Of a stretch of DNA of 64,000 bases, positions 52,701-64,000 are shown piece by piece. The stretch spans positions 1,504,001 to 1,568,000 of the forward strand of contig CAVUVW010000013.1 of NCBI GenBank assembly GCA_963745035.1, written 5' to 3'. The stretch's first letter is position 1. Each line of letters starts with the position of its first letter. A program made the translations under genes and the position numbers. Source of the DNA: an uncultured delta proteobacterium (GTDB taxonomy: Bacteria; Desulfobacterota; Binatia; UBA9968). The notes under the pieces are model-generated. The model searched no databases. It saw only the letters and a list, made by a program, of their open reading frames with translations, and was not told where the DNA came from.

Positions 52701-55700
52701 AGTGCTGCGCACGAACTATGCGGACAACCCCAGTTTTCACAAGACGTGCTCCGACGAGTCCGGAAGACTTGTAGAGACGCATTTGAGCACCAAGAATTTC
52801 CGTTCGAAAGGATAGTTCGCGGAATTACGACCCCAGCGCGACTTCAGCGAGACCCAATTTTCAAGTCATGTTCTCTTTCCAAAACGCGTGTTGACACCGG
52901 AGCTTAAACTGGCGGGACTTCGATCCGAAGCAATCGAAGTTGACAGCGGCATGACAAAATTCGATCTAACCCTGTCGCTTGTTGACAAGGAAAATGAAAT
53001 CGGCGGCCATGTTGAGTACAGCACCGACTTATTCAATCGCAGAGACGATCGAGCGTATGGTGGGACATTTTCAAACGCTGCTTGAATCCATTGTTATCAA
53101 TCCTGCCCAATCGATCGCCACATTACCCATACTCACCGGAGCCGAACCGCGCCCGGATAGCGCATCGAATTGAACGACAGAACCGCCGAGTACCCCAAGG
53201 ATAAATGCATCCACCATCTTTTTGAAGCACAAGTCGAGCGCAGCCCGCAAGCCATCGCCTTGGTATTTGAAGATAAACAGATCAACTACCGAGAGTTGAA
53301 TCGCAAAGCTAACCAGCTAGCGAATCACTTAATCACGTTCTAGGCATCGGCCCGGAAAAATTCGTCGGCATTTTCGTCGAGCGCTCCATCGAGATGGTGG
53401 TTGGGTTGTTGGCGATACTCAAAGCGGGCGGCGCCTATGTGCCGTTAACACCAGCGTATGCCTAAAGAGCGGCTGCGTTTCATGCTGGAAGACTCCCAGG
53501 CATCGGTACTGCTCGCCACGAAAGACATAATTAGAAGCGAGAATTGAGGATTGAGGGTCACGCAGTTGCCAGGGAGATAACGAACGGTGGATATTCGGCG
53601 ATCGAAAATTTCCATCCTCCACCCTCGACCCTCGATCCACAAGCTCCAGAGTGGGTTTGCCTCGATCGCGACTTGGCCAAGTATCGAGCAACAAAGCAGT
53701 GACAATCCATCACTTACACTCCAGTCTCACAACCTTTGCATACGTGATCTACACCTCCGGCTCTACTGGGCAGCCGAAGGGAGTGCAAATCGAACACCGC
53801 TCGGTCATTAATTGCCTTTCCTGGGTTTTCGGCACACAGATTAACCTTACGCTGCAGGATACGTGGCTGGCAGTCACGACGATTTCTTTCGACATCGCCG
53901 CTCTGGAGCTTTATTTGCCGCTAATCACAGGGGCAAAGCTTATTTTGGCCAATCGCGACGGGGGTATCGACGCTGTTCAGCTACTCGCGCGAATCAGAGC
54001 TTCGGGAGCGACGGTGATGCAGGCGACTGACCATCGATGTGGAAGCTTTTGTTTCCAACGATTGCGAAACGTCCCGGCAAATTCACGATCCTCTGTGGCG
54101 GCGAAGCGTTATCGCGTCAGCTAGCCGACTGCCTATTGGATGGCGGCGCAGATTCCGTTTGGAATCTCTATGGACCCACGGAGACGACGATCTGGTCGGC
54201 GATCTACCGAGTTGAACCCAGTGATCGACCCGTTTATATCGGGCGGCCGATCGCCAATACGCAGATCTATATTCTCGATAACTACCTGCAGCCCGTGCCC
54301 ATCGGCGTACATGGTGATCTCTATATCGGCGGCGACGGCGTGGCGCGCGGTTATCTGAACCGTGCCGAGTTAACCGCGCGGAGAAAGATTTTGTTCGTTA
54401 TCCGTTCAGCGACGATCCCTGATGCACATCTCTACCGAACCGGCGATCGCGCTCGTTATCGTCCCGGCGGCAATATCGAGTTTCTCGGGCGCAGTGACCA
54501 TCAAGTCAAAATCCGCGGCCGCCGGATTGAGCTTCGGCGAGATCGAAGCCGCGATGGTTCGACATCCGTCGGTCAAAGAAGCCGTCGAGATAGTAGCGGC
54601 TCATGATCGTGGCTCGTCTGAGGAAAATGAATTGATAGGTTATGTCGTCAGCCGTCACGACCCCGCGCCGACCGTCGGCGAACTGCGAAGCTTCCTCCAG
54701 GAAAAAGTTCCTGAATACATGTTCCCGTCGTTGTTCTTATCTTCTCGACGCCCTACCGCTCACTCCCAACGGCAAGGTTGACCGCAATGCCCTGCCGCCA
54801 CCTGACGCAAACAAACTTACAATCGACAAAGGAATTATTGAGCCGCGCAGCGAGTTGGAGGAACTGGTCGCCCAAGTCTGGCGAGAAGTGCTCCAAAATC
54901 GACAAATCAGTATCCACGACAACTTCTTCGAACTCGGCGGACATTCCCTCCTGGCTACTTCAGTTGCCGTCGCGCGCTTGCGCGCGAACTTCAATATAGA
55001 TCTCCCTCTTCGCAAGTTATTCGAACTGCCCACAGTAGCGCGATTGGCGGATCATCTGAAAGTGTCCGCCGGCATGACCGGGGCCTTCGCATCCCGCCAA
55101 TAGTGCCGGTACCCCGTAATCGACCCATCCCGTTGTCATTCTCTCAGCGTCGGCTTTGGTTCTTGGAAAAGCTTGATCCTGGGTTACCGGGTTATAACAT
55201 GCCAGCGGCGTATGAAATCAAAGGCGCGTTGAATATTTCGGTCTTGCGGCAAGCACTAAACGAAGTCACTAGTCGGCACGAATCTTTGCGTACGCGTATC
55301 GTCGAAGTGGGCGGCCATCCCTATCAAGAAGTCGTTTCCACTTTAGATTTTACCTTAAGAGTCGTAGAGCTTACTGATCTGTCCCCACCGCTCGCTAGGC
55401 TCGAGGTCGAGCGGCTGGCGAGCCAAGGATGCGTGGGCACCGTTTGATTTAGCAACGGCCCCGCTGTTGCGGGCGAAACTCTTGCGATTGAGTGAAAACG
55501 ACATTGCTTGCTGATCCTCGAATTTTGGCCAGTATCGTGTCGGATGGTTCCTCCGTGGTTGTATTCTTCGAGGAATTGGCAACGCTTTACGGATCATTCC
55601 TAGAGGGAAAGCCTTCTCCGCTCAATCCCCTCCTAGTGCAAATATGCAGATTACTCCGTTTGGCAAAACGAAATGCTTCAAGAAGGCCCCGAGATTAGCT

Positions 55701-58378
55701 TGCAGCTTCAATATTGGCGGAAGCAACTGGAGATGTGCCAGTCTTCGCTAAATCTGCCGATCGACCACCGCCGTCCTTCGTTGGTGAGCTACCGCGGGGC
55801 GAAGCAGTCCGTTGTGCTTTCCGCCGAGCTTACCAGACGGCTCAGGGAAATAGGCCGGCAGGAAGGCGCCACAACGTTTATGATTTTGCTCGCGGTTTTT
55901 ATCTTGCTGCTCTCGCCATGGCTGGCCAGCGAGATCTCATCGTGGGGGCTACGATCGCCGGCCGAAACCAGTCGGAAATCGAGAGATCGATAGGATTTTT
56001 TATTAACGTTTTGGCGCTTCGAGCGGAAATTCCGGCTGACATTACGTTCCTTGAGTTTATACAGCAGGTAAGGGAGACCTGCCTTGATGCGTATACTCAT
56101 CAAGACTTGCCTTTCGAAAAGATCATCGAAAAAGTCAAACCGGAACGCGAATTCGGCCGCCAACCGCTGGTGCAAATGTTGTTCAATTTGGCCGATACCT
56201 CAGAGCGGCTTCTCGCGCTGCCCCGCTGCGACGTCGTCAAGTTTGCGCCGTTCGCGCTCGCGGCAAAATATGAACTCGTGTTGTCTGCTCCCGAAGTCGA
56301 CGGGAAAATCCAATTGAATATTGTCTACAATACCGAGCTTTTCAGTGAAAGCCGGATCATTGCCATGCTGCGCCAATTTGAGTTCCTGTTGTCTCAGGTT
56401 TCATAGAACCCAACAGAAAGACTTGATCGATTATCGCTCGTCGCTCCATCTTCATGCAGCGATATTGCCGGACCCTAGGAAGGCTTGGGAGAAACCTGGC
56501 AGGGCCCGTGCATGACACAGTAGCGAGCATGGCTCTGCCGCCCCTAATCACCTGGCAGTTATCGATACGAACGGGTATTGGACCTACGCGGAGATCGACT
56601 CATAGCCGTCTGATTACCGCTTACCTGGCAGATATGGAAATTCAACCTCGAGACTTGGTCGCGGTCTATGCTCATCGAAGCGCGACCCTTGTGCCGATCT
56701 TACTAGGGATTTTGAAAGCGAGTGGGGTCTTCCTTATTCTGGATCCGGCATACCCGCTGCTCGGTTAATGGATCTTTACGTGTCGCTCGGCCAAGGGGCT
56801 GGATAGAAATGGCGGGGGCCGGCCCCCCGGCCAAGGAGCTGCCGATTACATCGACAAACTTGATTTACGCTGCCGGATGATCGTGCCAAATAGCAAACAC
56901 CAATGGCTAATCTGCTCCGGGAGATTCACCTCAAAAGGCATTTCCGGAAATTCTCGCAGACGTCCTGCATATGTCGCATTTACCTCCGGGGAGACTGGGG
57001 AACCCAAAGGGGTGTTATGCTGCCACGGGCCGATGACCCATTTCTTACCGTGGCAAGAAACGAGATTCATCACCGCTCGAACGATCGATTCTGTTTCTGT
57101 CTGGCCTTGCCTACAATTACTTGCAGCGCGAAATATTTACCGCGTTGTGGCTAGGAGCGACGGTATGTCTTCCCGGCCGGAAATCGTGGAATCCCGGCTC
57201 ACTAATAGATTGGTTACAGCAAAACGAAATCACAATTCTTCACCTCACCCCGGCTTTAGCGGAATTCTTAGGAACGTTCACGGGCCAGCTGTTAAACTCG
57301 GTGCGGCGTATTTTCTGTGGCGAGGATGTACTTACCAAACAAACGCTGGCCGTCCTCCGAAAGCTTGCCCCAACGCCAAGATCACAAATCTGTATGGCGT
57401 GACAGAGACCCAGCGTGCATCAGGATACTTCGAGATTCCAGAGGGGATTTTATCGCAAAACAGATGCAAAGGAAATTGTTCCACTAGGACGGGGGGTTGA
57501 AGATGTTCAGTTCCTGTTGTTAACACCGAATGGAAGATTGACTGGGATTGGCGAAATCTGCGAACTGTTTGTCCAGTCCACACCTTGCGTTGCGATATAT
57601 CAACGATGAGCAGCTCGCTCGGGAAAAATTTTTGGTCAATCCATTCGGAACGGCGGAGACCGATCGGATGTTCCAGCCGGGGAGATAGGTCGATATCTGC
57701 CAAATGGAGATGTCGAGAGGGTGGGACGCAACGACCACCAAGTCAACATCCGCGGTTTTCGCGTCGAACTCGAAGAAATTGAAACAATCCTAAAGCAGCA
57801 TCCAGTCGTCACCGACGCCGCCGTGATGATGCCGCCTTCCGAGACGGCGCCTGTAACAAAGAGGGCGAGATCTAAACCGTGCGAGAACCTGGTTGCATAC
57901 ATAGTTTCGAACGAAGAAGACTCCCAAAGCTTAAGGGACCTAGTTCATTCATATGTCCGGCTCGCCTCCCCGATATATGGTGCCTTCACGGCAAATCTAT
58001 TGCAAGCGATTTCCGCTAAATCCCAACGGCAAAGTAGATTATCGCGCGTTATCTGCGATTCCTCGACCCGAGGTTGAACTTTCCACGTCATCCATTGCGC
58101 CACGAAACCCTGTTGAAGCAAAAGTGTGTAATATTCTCGCTGAAGTGCTTGGCCAAACGAAGATTGGAATGGATGAGAACTTTTTCCGCCTCGGCGGACA
58201 TTCCTTGCTCGCAGTTCAAGCGGTCGTGCGTATCCAAGAGTCATTCGGCATTACATCGATTTGCGCGTGTTTCTCGATGCGTCACGATAGCGGCGCTCGC
58301 ATGGGAAATCGACCTTCGACTAAAAGCAAAAAGCGCGGCGCCAAATGAACAAGATAATGGCCGAGAGGAGATTGAGTT

Positions 58379-58382
<4 letters not shown>
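49715..58382 (+). CDS. NRPS 1: A-T-C-A-T-C-A-T (heavily frameshifted; may be more than one gene)
   Basis: A3 motifs [33 protein letters not shown]; T motifs LGGDS, LGGHS, LGGHS; C starts LSFAQERFW and LSFSQRRLW; ends in the docking motif GREEIEL*. Confidence 0.88.
53015..54959 (+). repeat. ~1.9 kb direct repeat copy 1 (C-terminus of C domain, A, T)
   Basis: Near-identical to 59773-61699, from AGTACAGCACCGACTTATTC to CATTCCCTCCTGGCTACT. Confidence 0.9.
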
Positions 58383-63209
<4,827 letters not shown>

Positions 63210-63217
63210 CCGCGGTT

Positions 63218-64000
63218 ATGGGGGCTATCACTATGTTACACGCAATCTTGTACGGAATCGTGATGATTGTTTTGGTGGCATGTTCCGTGCCAAAATCAGC
63301 GACCTGGTTGCCGGACGAGCGTACCGGACTAGGTACGGGAGAGGGATCTTTGTTTTTCGGCAAGAGGCTTCCGATAATAGGTACGGGAAAGGGATTTCCG
63401 CTTTTCGATAACAGGCTTCTGATAAAAGGTATCGAGCGCGTAATTAAGCGGCCGCTCGACACGCATAATGTATCGAGCGGAGAATTTGATCTCTATTATT
63501 TTATTCGCAGGCCCGTTAACCGGAGGGGGGCTAAAACTGTTCTATTCATCGCGGGCGGGCCGGGGTTTTTTAATCCCGGACCCTTCGAGGATTTGACGAT
63601 GGCTGATTTCTTGCTCCAGAATGACGAATACAACGTGGTGCACTTTCATCCGCGAGGCGCAGGATTCAGCCAAGTTCCGCCGAACAATTATTATGACAGG
63701 TTCCTCAAGACTTCTTACGTTGTAGAAGATATCGAATCGATTCGCGAGGACTTAATCAGACTGGGATTTCTCGATCAGGACGGTCGATGGGACGCAGTTA
63801 TCGGCTACAGCTACGGTACCGTTGTGGCACAACAATATGCGGGCACGTATCCACATAACGTCAAAAAAATGCTTCTAATTGGAGTCCAATCGCGGCATCT
63901 GTTTGAGAGTACCAATGAAGCCTTTTCGCAAATTATGCTTGAGATTCGTGATACAAATCGCTATACGCTCGCGACAATTCTTCAGTCGTCGGCGTTTGAC
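63218..64000 (+). CDS. Lipoprotein alpha/beta hydrolase, S33 prolyl aminopeptidase/TAP-like (partial, runs off the window)
   Basis: Not in the ORF track because it has no stop; translation gives lipobox IVLVAC, FIAGGPG, HPRGAGFS, VEDIESIR and nucleophile elbow GYSYGT. Confidence 0.82.
   Translation, partial: MGAITMLHAILYGIVMIVLVACSVPKSATWLPDERTGLGTGEGSLFFGKRLPIIGTGKGFPLFDNRLLIKGIERVIKRPLDTHNVSSGEFDLYYFIRRPVNRRGAKTVLFIAGGPGFFNPGPFEDLTMADFLLQNDEYNVVHFHPRGAGFSQVPPNNYYDRFLKTSYVVEDIESIREDLIRLGFLDQDGRWDAVIGYSYGTVVAQQYAGTYPHNVKKMLLIGVQSRHLFESTNEAFSQIMLEIRDTNRYTLATILQSSAFD

Overview
GC-rich bacterial genomic DNA. The gene content (13 orphan solute-binding proteins of the NitT/TauT, TctC, Fe/ModA types; several amidohydrolases; LLM, VOC, CoxG and GMC genes) resembles Candidatus Binatia/Binatota-type soil bacteria; this is inference only. 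Many otherwise intact genes carry single-base frameshifts, most likely uncorrected long-read errors, so they are called as CDS rather than pseudogenes. 1-46 kb holds a TetR-RND efflux operon, tcuAB, a vapBC pair, two GSTs, catabolic clusters, a decaheme OmcA/MtrC-type cytochrome and several families of short intergenic palindromic repeats. Two genes split by the ORF track are probable selenoproteins, each with an in-frame UGA followed by a SECIS-like hairpin: a stand-alone PrdB/GrdB-like UxxC protein (17872-18753, minus) and an AhpD/CMD-like CxxU protein (35351-35942, minus). 46-64 kb is a visibly more AT-rich, tightly coupled operon. It encodes a zinc-ribbon/class III nucleotide cyclase/AAA/TPR protein, then a TE-less NRPS (A-T-C-A-T-C-A-T plus docking-C-A-T-C), then a lipoprotein S33-type hydrolase that runs off the window. 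The NRPS has two unusual A domains lacking the conserved Asp235 and a ~1.9 kb duplicated Gly-type A-T unit. No rRNA, tRNA, CRISPR array, transposase or integrase was recognised.
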